A DNA stretch of 64,000 nt, taken from assembly GCA_025603075.1 (NCBI GenBank), contig MU626362.1, forward strand, positions 11,508-75,507, read 5' to 3'. The notes below the pieces were generated by a model, which was not told the DNA's origin, made no database searches, and saw only the letters and a list, made by a program, of their open reading frames with translations. A program made the position numbers and the translations under genes. Source of the stretch: Neoconidiobolus thromboides FSU 785 (lineage: Eukaryota > Fungi > Entomophthoromycota). This document shows positions 23,694-37,949 of this stretch, piece by piece (the first letter of the stretch is position 1; each line of letters begins with the position of its first letter).

Positions 23694-26061
23694 ATGTTAT
23701 CACCAAGTTTTAAAAACAATATCAACCGATTATTCTTCAGAAGACAATTCATAAATTTACCACGATGGACTCATACTAAGACCAACATCCACAAGAAGCC
23801 ACTGAACTATTTTCATCCTTTGTTATTATTAACCAGTGGTTTAACTATAATTTATTATCTTGATACCAACACTTCACTTTTCAGAAAAATAGCATTAAGT
23901 TCAATGAATACACAAGATATATATAATTTCATCGATTTGTGCCATCAAAACGATTTATTATCTATTGAACGGAAACTCAAAGATCAATATAATTTAAATG
24001 AGCCACATCAATTAGGATGGTACCCATTGCATGTAGCAGTAGTTAAAAATAACTTAGAATTAACTAAGTTGTTATTGAAATACAAAGCTAATGTAAATTG
24101 TGAAGATCAATTTCAGTTTGCGAATTATTATAAAGGAACATCAAATGCTATGGGATTACATAAAATTATTTTTGAAAGAGAAAGGTTTTGTAATCTGATT
24201 CGAGTAGACGCTCAAACTTTTGGATTTACGGTAAGTAAAGATTTTAGATTTTAGATAGTAGAAAAAAGGACTTTTTTGATAAATTTTGATTTAACAGCCT
24301 TTACATTACGCTTGTTTTAATGGAAATTTCGAAATTATTCAATTATTAACAGAACATGGTGCTGATCCTACTAAAATGGATCAGAATGGTTATGTAGCTA
24401 AAGATTATTTGGATAATAAGTTAAGAGATTATAATAGTATTGTTAATCATTTAAATAGTAATTTGTATATGTAATATATAAAGAAATAAATCAACAGTAA
24501 TCTTTAATTGTTTAGGCGTTGAGAAAAAACAAAAAGAAGATAAAGAGAGGAGGGAAAAAGAAATTAGGAAAAAGTGTAATTTTAAGCTATATTTGTGGAA
24601 TGTTTAGTTTATTTAATTTTTATTTAGTCCCTATAGAACAACAATTACATGCCAAAATAGTTGGACAAGTAACGCCAATCAATGCTGTAGCTTCAGCAAT
24701 AAGAAGAAAAGAGAATGGTAATCATAACATTATAAATAACAATGAAGATGAAAAAAACCCTAATAACTTTCAATTAGGTTGGTATGATGAAGATAAGCCA
24801 TTAGTATTCTTATTTTTAGGCTCTTCAGGAGTAGGAAAGACAGAGTTAGCTAAGCAGATAGCTAATTATACGCACAAAAATAATGAAACTAATGGTTTTA
24901 TAAGAATGGATATGTCGGAGTTTCAATCAAAACATGAGGTGGCAAAGTTTATTGGATCTCCACCAGGTTATGTGGTAGGATTTTTTATTTCTCTTTTGTT
25001 GTTTTCTTAGTAAGGTTTTTTGCTAGGGCTATGAAGAAGGTGGTCAATTAACCGAAAAATTGAGTCAATGTGAGAGGATATATAAAAACTATACTAATAA
25101 TATAATAATTAAATTTTTAGGTCCAAATGCGGTTGTATTATTAGACGAAGTAGAAAAAGCACATCCAGATGTATTAACTATTATGTTACAGGTATTTGAT
25201 GAAGGTAGATTAACAGATGGAAAGGTAATAAAAATAGTATATTTATTAGTAGTTTATATAATATTTTTATAGGGTACTATTGTAAATTGTAAAGATGCCA
25301 TTTTTATTATGACATCAAATTTAGCTCAACAAGAAATCGCTGAAGAAGCTCAGATTTTAAGAAAAGAAGCTAGGTTAAGGGATTTAGATATTAATAATAT
25401 TAATAATGATAGTAATAATAAGGATAACACAGCTATTGTAAAAGATAGTGATAAGGAGGATAAAAATATGTTTAGTAATTTATATAAAGGCATATATAAC
25501 AGCAATAATAATAAGGAGAATACAGTAAACGTCAATAAAGATAAAAATTCAAATAATGAATTAACAACAATAAATAACAGAACGATTATTCAAGAAAATA
25601 AAAATGAAATGAAATTAAGTAAAAATTTTATTGATAGTATAATCTATCCAATATTAAGACATCATTTTAAGCGGGATGAATTTTTGGGTAGAATTTCTGA
25701 AATTTTATATTTTTTACCATTTGATGAAGTGGAACTAATTACTATTGTTGAAATGGAGCTAAATAAATGGGGAAAAAAGGTATAATATAATATAATATAA
25801 TATAATATAATATTTATTCTTATTATTTACTAGGCTAAATCTAAACATAATATAACATTAACATGGAGTCAAGAAGTAATTAAAGAATTAAGTAAGGGCT
25901 ATAATTATCGATATGGAGCACGCTCTATCCAACATGAAGTAGAGCAAAGGGTAATCAATGTACTTGCTAAAGCATATGAATTAGATCAAATCAAAAAAGG
26001 CAATAAAATATTTTTATCTTTAAATGAAGAAGCATTAATTCAATTAAATATTGAAAAATAA
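23694..26061 (+). CDS. CLPB: Mitochondrial ankyrin-repeat AAA+ disaggregase, Skd3/CLPB (animal-type) ortholog, multi-exon
   Basis: Presequence-like N-terminus; ankyrins GWYPLHVAV and GFTALHYAC; after splicing [17 protein letters not shown]...[31 protein letters not shown]...[17 protein letters not shown]...[14 protein letters not shown]...RDEFLGRI...YGARSI; single AAA domain. Confidence 0.92.
25781..25813. repeat. (TATAA)n microsatellite in last CLPB intron
   Basis: About 6 pentamer units. Confidence 0.8.
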
Positions 26062-26102
26062 AATAAAGGAATAAAAATAAAATCAATATATATGCTTTTA
26101 TT

Positions 26103-26591
26103 TTATTTAAAAAAATAACTTAATTTAACTAAATTAACCATTTCATACCATTGTTGTTGCTCTATTATATTATTATAAGCTGGTAAATTAATTTTATTTT
26201 GTTTATCAGATAGAAATTGATGAATATCTGAAGAGTTATATTTATAATAATTTAATAATAAAGAAAAAGCAATCTTGGGTTCTTTGTTTATAAATAATAA
26301 TTTGTTATTTATACATAGTATTAAAAATGATTTAAAGCTGTTAAAAGCCTCTAATGTATTTAGTTGACAATATTGTTGCATTAAATAGCTGTAGATTAAA
26401 CTACTATTGATAGTTAATTGTTGAATTATATCGGATATCTCATGCTCTTTTTCTTTTTTTTTGAAGTATTGCAAATCGTTGATTTGTGTTATTATTTGCT
26501 CTATATGGTTTGTTTCTTCCTTTGTATTTATATCACACCTTACTCCTGTCTCTAATTCACTAAAACAACCAGTACAGCTATTACAACTCAT
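26103..26591 (-). CDS. Uncharacterised 162-aa protein
   Basis: ORF with N-terminal C-x2-C-x2-C (MSCNSCTGC); fills the gap between CLPB and MAPK; 3' end could be spliced. Confidence 0.55.
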   Translation of the reverse strand: MSCNSCTGCFSELETGVRCDINTKEETNHIEQIITQINDLQYFKKKEKEHEISDIIQQLTINSSLIYSYLMQQYCQLNTLEAFNSFKSFLILCINNKLLFINKEPKIAFSLLLNYYKYNSSDIHQFLSDKQNKINLPAYNNIIEQQQWYEMVNLVKLSYFFK

Positions 26592-26798
26592 TTCTTTTTA
26601 ATATTAATAAATTTATAAATTAAATTTATTTTAAAGAATAAAAGAAATAAGGTTTTACAATTTAAATTAGTAATTTCAAATACTATTAACTAATTAAAAA
26701 ATATAACAAGAAATTAATAAAAAAACGGACATTTAATTTCTACTCTTCTATTTTTTTTAATCTTATCTTTTCAAATAAAAAAGTTTTAACTATAAACC

Positions 26799-28491
<1,693 letters not shown>

Positions 28492-28752
28492 TTCTTTCCA
28501 TATTTTTTTATTCTGTTCTACTATTAAATGAAATAATATACGTTATTAAGTTTTATAAGCTTATTTTTTTTGCCCCACTTCTTTTTTTATAACTGATTGT
28601 TTTTAAACTTTGCTATTTAGACCAATCATCGATCAAGATTAGAATTTCAAAACATTGTAATAAATTAACATTTGTTAAATTCCAAGCTAAAATTAAGGAT
28701 TATTTTTTTTACATTATAAAAAACTTTAAAAAATTATAAAAAACTTTAAAAA

Positions 28753-29605
28753 ATGGCAGAGTCTGTATCCTTAATAGTTGCCGTAGTTATATTGTTTTTA
28801 GTATTTCGTTGGGTATTAGGTAAAAACTTTATAAAAAAGCAGCTATAAAACTCAATCTAGTTTCCATTAATTTTAGGCTCCAATAACAATATACCAGGGG
28901 AAAATAATGGACGAGGAGGTATCAATGGTGTTAGGAGAAGGACTATAACTCCTGATATGGTAATTTATAAATACTTTTATTAATCTATATTTTAATATTA
29001 AACAAAAATTCAACTCTCAGGTCGAAAGCGTGAAAAACATGTTTCCTGAAGTATCAACAGCAGCTATACAAGCAGATTTAGCATTAACAGGTTCTGTAGA
29101 GCTAACATGTGAAAAGATTTTAGCCAATGGTGGTTTACCAATGGTAAGAAAAATTTTATTTTTATAAATGAAGTTAATTTTTAATTTTTCTATTTTTTAG
29201 CCTGAGCAATTACTACCAAGAACAGGTAGAACTGCAGGAGATAATACTACTGCTAATGAAATAAATTCTAATACCAATAATAATGACAATAGTTTAAGAA
29301 ATAGAGGACAAACTGGAGTGAATACTGGAGAAGGTTTATCACGTTCAACAAATACTTCGAACAGCAGCGCAGATAGTGTTAATTTAGCCGAAAAATATTT
29401 GAGTAATGTAGAAGAAAGTACTATTGCCGAACCAGTTAAGGAATGGAGTAATGATAGTGAAAAAAGACAAGAATTATTTTTAAAAAGAAAGCAGTTTATG
29501 GTATTGGAGGCCAGAAGGTAAGAAGATAAAATAGTATGTTTATTTGTTATGAAAGTTTATTGACTTTTTATTAGGAAGTTTTTGGAAAATCAAAAAAAGA
29601 ATTAA
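28753..29605 (+). CDS. ER membrane CUE-domain protein (Cue1/Cue4-like), multi-exon
   Basis: N-terminal TM (SLIVAVVILFLVFRWVL), CUE motif VKNMFPEVSTAAIQADLALTGSVELTCEKIL, C-terminal U7BR-like RQELFLKRKQFMVLEARRKFL. Confidence 0.8.
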
Positions 29606-29833
29606 ATTTTATATGTTGGATATTGAATATTATTATCACTTTGTTTATTTTATTCCATGTTTATTATGAAGCTTTGTAATTTTATTATCAGAAATAGTAG
29701 TATATATATAAGGTTAAAGTTTACTTTGTAAGATTAAAACTACATAATATTTTAAGCTTATCAAAGTAAAACCAAAAAATAGCTAATTTATGTTAAGTTT
29801 AAATAATGTATTTAGCCATTTATTAGTCAATAT

Positions 29834-29927
29834 GGGGATGTGTTTTTATGTTTGATAATTTTACTAACAAGTTTTCTGTTCAAATAGCGCTTAAAAGATG
29901 GAAAGAGTGAAGCAAAAAGACATCCTC
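29834..29927 (+). mobile_element. MITE copy 12
   Basis: ATAT|GGGGATG...ACATCCTC|ATAT. Confidence 0.9.
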
Positions 29928-30337
29928 ATATCTTAGATTTTGTAAAAAATGAACATTATTATTATTATTTTATTTTTTTACGATTGAATTTTTATTTTTA
30001 TTTAAATATTATTTTTTTTATAAGACTAAAACTTTATTCAAATCCTTTGATTTTCATTATACTTTTGTATATTAAACTACTTTTCTCATTTCATTTATCT
30101 TATGAAAATGATAATAAAAGAAAATATTGAAGCTTTACCATATATTAACTATAATCTTAACTTTATAAGCCTTATTATACTAAATAACAAACAAGCTAAT
30201 TTACCAAAACAACAAAACTTAGCAGTTGACTTTAACCAATAACATTCTATTTTGTAATTTGAATAACATCACTATCTAAAAAGTTTATAGACAAAATAAA
30301 CTTTTAAAGCAAATTTTATTTTTTAAATAAATACAAA

Positions 30338-33300
30338 ATGCCAATTTCTATCATTGGGTATTTAGAAAAGGTAAAAGGTTAAATAACTCATGATTAACTT
30401 GGAAATATTAACTTAATTTCCTTCTTTTCTCTTTTCACTTATCATTTCAGTTTACTTCCAGTGACAATGATTTTCGATATATGGCGGTTAATGATTTGTT
30501 AACTGAACTTAATCAACATAAAGGACCAATCGAACCACAAGTGTGTGCTCAAATTATTGAAGGCTTAATAAGATTGATTATTGAAGAACAGAGTACTAGT
30601 GAGGTTAAAAATTTAGCTATTAAATGGTAAAGTGTAAATCAAAGATTTTCTAGTGAGCAAGAATTTAATTTAAATTTCACTTTTAGCTTAGGACCATTAT
30701 GTAATTATTTAGGTCATGATTTACTATCTACTTTATTTTCAAAAACGTTAGCTATGTTGGAAAATAATAAAGAAGAAATCGTCGAATTAGGGGGACTTAG
30801 TAAGTTCATTCATAAAAATGATTGAAACAACCTTTATTCTTTTTAGCTTTAAAAACAGTGGTTAATAGTTTAGGTCTACAAAACAGTGATGGTTTGGTAA
30901 AAATTAAAGATACATTTCGAAAATTAGTCATATTATTGAAACAAGTAATACTATTATATTAGCTATAATATAAGCAATAGTATACTAATAAGTTTATCTT
31001 AAATAGGACAACAATTACAGTCGTCAATATGATATCATTGAAATTCTAATTGAATTATTAAATAAGTACGGCTCTACTATTTTAGCTACTTTTGATGGGA
31101 ACCCAGATGAACAAATTCAAACTTTATCTATGGATTCTATCTTTCCTTTACTTTCTCATTCACGCCCCGGACTCAAAAAAAAAGCTTCCATTTGTTTAGG
31201 TATTTATATATATGTATAGTAATAGTGATAAGGATAATTTATTTATTCATTTAAAAATAGGTGCTTTATCTTCTCATTTAAAAGAATCTCTTTTCGTTAG
31301 TTTGGTTCAAAAGCTTAGTGATTTATATAAAATTGAACATACAGGTACTATTTCAGATTCACAAAAAGAACAATCTATTATTGTTATTCAATCTTTCTCA
31401 ATGTTATGTCGTTCGGATCCAACTAGAACCGGTCCTTATTTAAAGACTATCATTCCAGCTATTCTTCAACATGCGTCATTACAAGATGATATATTAACAG
31501 AACAATGTTTACATGTAAAATTCATTTATTTTACTTTTGTTTTGAAGTTTAAATATTTATTAACTTTTGATTTGTAGGCATTAGAAATTTTTACTTTATT
31601 TTGTCCAAAAGAAATTGATAGTTTTTATTCTCAAGTAGCTAAACTTTGTCTCAATTATATCAGTTATGATCCCAATTATATTGAAGATGATGATGATAAT
31701 ATGGATGACTCAGCAGAAGATGAATTTGATGAATTTGACGATGAATTTGACGATGATGATGACACATGGAAGTTAAGAAGATTAAGTGCTAAAGTGTTAC
31801 AAGCTTTAGTAACAGTAAATATTGATCAACTTGGTTATTTTTATGAGAAAGTAGCGCCTATTTTAATTAAAAGATTTTCAGAAAGAGAAGAAGCAGTACG
31901 TATTGAGATTATACAAGCTTTTATTGCCCTTTTAAAACAAACAAATAGTTTAAATCACCACTTTTTAAATGAATTAAATAATGATCAAACCGAAATAGCT
32001 GAAAAAGAAGACGATAATATAAAGAGACGTAAATTATCTCCTCAAATGATAGAAGAAGAAAATCAATATGAAAAATTAAAGCAATTATTATTAGTAAATT
32101 TAAGTAATGTTATACAAAAGATATCGGACCAAATTAATAGTGGACAATTATCTACTCAGCAAATTAGTATTAAATTATTAACTCAACTTACAATTACTTT
32201 GCCCAATCAACTTGGTAGTTATATTGAAGATATAAAATCAAACATTACTTTTATTTATTCATCAAACATACAACAGAAAGTAAAAAGTAATCCAGTGGAA
32301 TATATTACGCTTAAAAAAGAAAGTTTGTGTTTTATTCGAGAACTTTTAAAAACTCATGATTATAAATTATTTGAAAATCATATCTCTTGGTTATGTCCAA
32401 TCATTATAAATGCAATGAAAGATCCTTCTAACAAATATTTTAATGAATCGTTTTCAGCGTGTATTGAATTTATTAGAATAATACTTCCAATCAATCAATT
32501 AGATGACACGTTGTTAGTTAACTTTGATCTATATGGAGAATATATAAGAAATATTTATCAAACTTTATTAGATTTTATTGTTAATGGAAATAAAGAGAAT
32601 GCATCAAGAGAACGTAGTATTAGGATGATTGGCTTATTGTTTAATCATTCTGGTAATTATATGTTATCTGAATTGGAAACTTGTATTTCTTTCCTTGGTC
32701 AACTTAATATCTATGAATTATATGCATTACCTATTCTTCAAGCTTACATTACTATTTTAGAATCAAGTCGATTTGATTGGACTCAAATTCAAAAGGGATC
32801 AACAATTTTAACTACCTTTATTAAAGTACTTCATGATATTCTAAGTAACCTTAAAAAAGAAAATCGTAGTCTTAAATTAGCTACTCTAACTTATATTGCT
32901 AGTTTAGTTAGTAAATTTGGCAACCATTTTGAACTAAAATCGTATGAATTATTATTAGTTGAATTCAAGGATGTACTAACTACTTTTGAGTTACAAGAAC
33001 TTATTATTAGTATTCAAATATTAGATAATATGATTTCATTTCAATTAGATCCAAGTATACGTCATCATAATATCAAACTGTTAGGTGAAGATAGTTTTTG
33101 GTCGTCAATGGTTGCTATTCCAAATTCCATTCATCTTCAAGGGATTGCTACTGAAACCTATAGTCAATTATTAATCAAAATCATTTCTATTGCCAACGAA
33201 GCTCAACTAAACATTACTACTATAAGTAAAAACTATATTGATGCTTTTTATTCCCTAGTAGTACAAATGAAAGATAAGCCCATTCAAAAACAAATATTAA

Positions 33301-34634
33301 TCAATTTATCCCGCTGTATTAGTAGTGTTATGATTGGTTATACTAAATGTATTCAAGATGGTTATACTCAATTTATTACTCCTTTCATTACCATTATCAA
33401 GGATAATAGTTCATTACCAGTCTCACGTCACATTTCCTTTTTAATCTTAGGGCATCTTAGCTTTAACTTTAATTTATCCAATCATATTGATTTATTCAAT
33501 GAATGTTTAGAAGCATTTAGAGATTCTAATTCAGAACTTCGAACTGCAGCAGCATATGCTTTAGGATGTTATACAGCTAGTAATTTTGAAGAAGTAATTG
33601 AAAAATTAATTGAAAAAATTCATACATTAAAAGAAGAGAGATATTTTTTACTTTTATCTTTAAAAGAAGCAATAACATATTATATTACTAAAGATAGTTT
33701 ATTTGATCAGCAACAAATTGAAAGTTATAGTGAAAAATTATGGCAAGTATTAATTGAAGATTCCTTTTCTCAAGATCATGAAGAAAGTAGTCAGAATTTA
33801 ATCGCAGAATGTATTGGTAAATTAAGTAGTATGAAACCAGATAAATTTTTACCAATCCTTGAACAAAAAATCAAGAGTAATAATGAAAGTATACGTAATA
33901 TAATTATTATATCTATTAGATATATGAATTTCAATGAAGATAAAGAATTTATTGAAAAGTTCCAAAGGTATATATTAAGCTTTTTATCTTTATTAAAAGA
34001 TGATTCTTTGCAAGTAAGAAAACAAAGTATATTGAGTTTAACTTCAGTAGCTCATCAGATACCATTTATCGTTAATAAGCATTTGAAACAAATCTTACCA
34101 CTAATCTTCCAAGAAACAACAATTAAACCAGAATTAATTCGGTTTGTTGATATGGGATTACAGAAGATTAAAGTAGATGATGGTTTAGAAAATCGTAAAG
34201 CCAGTTATGAATGTTTGTATACATTGTTGGATACCAGTTTACAATATCTTAATATTGAAGAATTAATTACTGGTCCTATTTTATCTGGATTAAAAGATCA
34301 GCATGAAATTAAGTTAATTTGCCACTTATTTTTATTAAGATTTACTAAAATGACACCAAATTATTTAATTCAATATTTAGAAACTATATCTCAAGCCTTT
34401 TTATCCGATTTAAATATCAAAGTTAAAGATAATGGGTATAAACAAGAGAAAAATCAAAGGGAAGAACTAGTACGTTCTATTATTAAAGTATTTGTTACTT
34501 TAAGTAATGAACTTAACATCCATATTATGGTACCAGGCTTTGAAGCCCTTAATAAAATGGTTAAGAATCCAGAAGGAGGGTATTATTTGGAATATAAGGA
34601 GGTGTTAAATCAACTTCAAACAGGATCCAAATAA
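30338..34634 (+). CDS. CAND1: Cullin-associated NEDD8-dissociated protein 1 (HEAT repeats), multi-exon
   Basis: YLEK|FTSSDNDFRYMAVNDL; DDDDTWKLRRLSAKVL; RFSEREEAVR; IKPELIRFVDMG..KVDDGLENRKASYECLYTLLD. Confidence 0.9.
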
Positions 34635-34842
34635 ATACATATATACATATTGCTTTACTTTTTATTATTTTTGAAATTAAATATTTTCTACTTTTATTGT
34701 TTTTTTAGGCTAAATAAGATTTAATAAATAAACATAACATACATTATAAAAATAAGGTTAAATTATACGATAGTACATAAATAAATGAAGAGTAATCAAA
34801 TGAACTAAAAAACTATTAAAAAAGAAAACTGGTTTTACTTTC

Positions 34843-35136
34843 TTAATTAAATGCACCACCTAACATCACACACTCACTTTCAGCAATTGAAGGTAAACGA
34901 CGACCGAATTTAGCAGGTAATTGGTTTTCTTCAATAAAATAAACATTGGTACCGAAATTATCAGTATAACTCTCTTTTGATGAAGTTGCTTTTTGATTTA
35001 TTTGTTTTGTTGATACTGACGAAGGCCCCGATTTTGATTGTAAATTCAATGACTTTCTCGAACCTAAAAAGTGGATCATAGGTTGATGACGCTTTGGTAT
35101 TTTTACTTGGGCAAAAAGAGTTCTTGTTAAGTTCAT
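34843..35136 (-). CDS. KGD4: Alpha-ketoglutarate dehydrogenase subunit 4 (Kgd4/Ymr31/MRPS36)
   Basis: Presequence plus PMIHFLGSR, and C-terminal LPAKFGRRLPSIAESECVMLGGA typical of the family. Confidence 0.8.
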   Translation of the reverse strand: MNLTRTLFAQVKIPKRHQPMIHFLGSRKSLNLQSKSGPSSVSTKQINQKATSSKESYTDNFGTNVYFIEENQLPAKFGRRLPSIAESECVMLGGAFN

Positions 35137-35852
35137 GTTTATATGTATATGTATACTAGCCTTTGAAGTTAGGTTAAAGTTTGTAATTTTAATAGCAAAA
35201 AATTTTAAAAATTGGAATTTTACTGATTATAGAGTCTAAGTCTTCTGGTTTTTATAAAGCTCAAGTTTCATTGGTTGGTTCATTTTAGCTTTTTTTTCAA
35301 AGTTTTTAATAGATAGATCCTTTAAAAAGAATTTTTTTATAAACAGTAAAATTCAAAAATATCATTTCATTATTTTGATCACCCTTTGTTCAGATTAAAT
35401 TTTGGAAATGTTTTTGTATGAGAACTAAAGCCGAAAGTAGCTTAATAAACATAGCATTTAACTTCAGTTTATTGGCCTTTCAAATATTATGAATGAGTCA
35501 ATCCTACTATAATTTTCATGCAAAGGTATAATCATGACGAGTTGGACTCATAAAATTCTTTCATTTTAAATTCTATTGATGATTATGATGAGTCTAATCG
35601 TGAAACACCCTAGTTTAGCAGCAAATTATGCTTGCTAGAAATAGTTTTGGAAAATTTTGGTACTCAAAGGGTTACAATAGGTACTAACAAATGATTTGCT
35701 ATAGATTAAATAAATAGATTAACATGTTTAAGGGAATAAAAAGAAGAAATAATTTTTTTATAGAAATAATTGGATAAAAAAATAACACTAAATTTATTAA
35801 CTGATTACAAATAAATGTTATAACCTTAGTTATATTGAATTTAAAAGTTCAA

Positions 35853-36878
35853 TCAACAACCACAAGGACGTTTGGTTGATCCGTAACTACGGAAGCGAGA
35901 GAATATTAAAGTGCCTAAAGTAATGCCCAAAATAACAGCAAAAAATAAGCCAACATTAAATGTCATTGAAACTAACATTAATAAATAAGCAATCGATGAC
36001 TCAAAAAATTGAAAGATGGCACGATAAGTATCAATAGTAAATTGTCTTCTAGAATATGAATTTAATTTATCAATACTTTCTTCTGTCCATGTAACTTCGA
36101 ATTTACTTCTAATTGTTAAAAGGAGTTCATAAATAACACCAAACACAACAATAGCAATAAAAGTTCCTGCATATTGTCCAGCAGTGCGTGGCACCCATTC
36201 TTTGAAAAGTACATAATCTGCAAAACCAGTATGGAAATACATACGCATCTGTGGCGCTGCATTACCTTCTCCATTCATTTCACAGTAAGGTAGGTTATTT
36301 TGGGCCTTTCCATCTACAGAACCTGGACACATCTTCTTCCAATCTGAGCATTGATCCATTTCAGGCATTGCTTGACATAATTGAGAATAAACACCAAGTA
36401 AATCACAGTTAGCATAAAATGAAGTTGTAGCACATTTTTCACATCCATCCATAGTCATTTCGTTACAGATAGATTTGACTTGTTTATTAACAGTTTCAGT
36501 ATTTGGTAAATTTGAGATAGGAAGTTTATCTTTACATTGTGGAACGAGGGAGCCTTGTTTACATAATGATACATAATTTTTACATCCACCCATACCAGGC
36601 ATATCACTTTTACATACATCAGCTAAGATTGAAAACGAGTCACAATAAGCCTCTTGTTGAAGTTGAGTGGAATTCCCACATAAACTTCGAATAGAACAAC
36701 CTGGCATATAAGGCATATTACGACACAAATTTATCATATCAGCTTCGATATTTTCATTACTATATACATAGTTTGTACAACTTGAATCAGTTGGATTTGA
36801 AATACAGTCACTATTAATACCATTTAAAAATGGGAGAATTAAAGATGCTAATTTTAATAAACGATTGGAAAGCCTCAT
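35853..36878 (-). CDS. Ctr-family copper transporter with Cys/Met-rich extracellular N-terminal domain
   Basis: Signal peptide; repeated C..MP.M.GC units; MRMYFHTG...VLFKEW; TM1; AYLLMLVSMTFN (MxxxM); GxxxG in last TM. Confidence 0.88.
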   Translation of the reverse strand: MRLSNRLLKLASLILPFLNGINSDCISNPTDSSCTNYVYSNENIEADMINLCRNMPYMPGCSIRSLCGNSTQLQQEAYCDSFSILADVCKSDMPGMGGCKNYVSLCKQGSLVPQCKDKLPISNLPNTETVNKQVKSICNEMTMDGCEKCATTSFYANCDLLGVYSQLCQAMPEMDQCSDWKKMCPGSVDGKAQNNLPYCEMNGEGNAAPQMRMYFHTGFADYVLFKEWVPRTAGQYAGTFIAIVVFGVIYELLLTIRSKFEVTWTEESIDKLNSYSRRQFTIDTYRAIFQFFESSIAYLLMLVSMTFNVGLFFAVILGITLGTLIFSRFRSYGSTKRPCGC

Positions 36879-37949
36879 TATAGTAGTTTGCTATTAAACA
36901 AAAATAGTTAGTAAAAAAATTAACGAAAGGAACTAAGAAATACCTAATTTACAACAAAAAATTTTAGTTTTCAATTTTAAAAAAAGAAATAAAGGTCATG
37001 GAAAGAAAAGAAGCTTTTTAAATAATAGTTGTTTTCTAAAGCTTCTTTTTAAGTACTTAATTAGGAAGCCCCCGAAATCAAGTCCAATTAGATTGGGGAT
37101 TGTTGCCTTTAGATAGCCTATCATTGGGTTTTTAAAATGTTTGAAGTTAGCACACTTACTTGAAACAAAAGGATTGTTCTATTGGAATAAATCGAAGGAA
37201 GAATTTGTTCAAAATAAGCGACATAGCCAATTATAAGTCTTAGTTGATTTCATACATTTACAATTAAGATTTTATTTAATTTGGAAATATTCTAGAAGCT
37301 TTCATAAATCTACTTAGTTTTATTATTAAGCATTAAAGCGGATAGGTTGGTCATCTAGTAGGATTAAGAGTATGGTGCAATCTGTTCGAAGGGAAAAGAG
37401 GTTTCAAGGTTTATTATCTTAATTAATTAGTGGCTGACATCTTTTAAATAAAGGAAATTGAAAATTAATTTTACAATTGAAATTTATTACATCGTTTAAC
37501 ATATAATCTAATATTATGAAACTATATTTTTAATTATTAAAAGATATTTTTACTTCTATCTGTATAGAAAACTAAAACAAATCAACTATGATTGATTGAT
37601 TTATTTGTAAATTTAAATGATATTATTAAGAAAAATTGATTTTATCTTTTAAAATCAGGGGTTGTATTTATTATAACAAACTATTTATTTGAAATAAACA
37701 TGTTAACTCAAAAACTTATGATTCAACAAAATGCTTATAAATTAATTTTAGTTATCGAATTCTACAAGGAGTAAATAAAGTATGTACAGATTAATTAAAA
37801 TTGTTTATATATGAAGTTAAGCAAATCTTCTTTACATAAAATTCATATACTGTTCATACAAAGTAAGTATTTATGATAATATAAGTTAAAAGACTAATAC
37901 TTTAAAATAATGGATTTTAAATGGTAGTTTATTAAACCAAGAAGAATAT

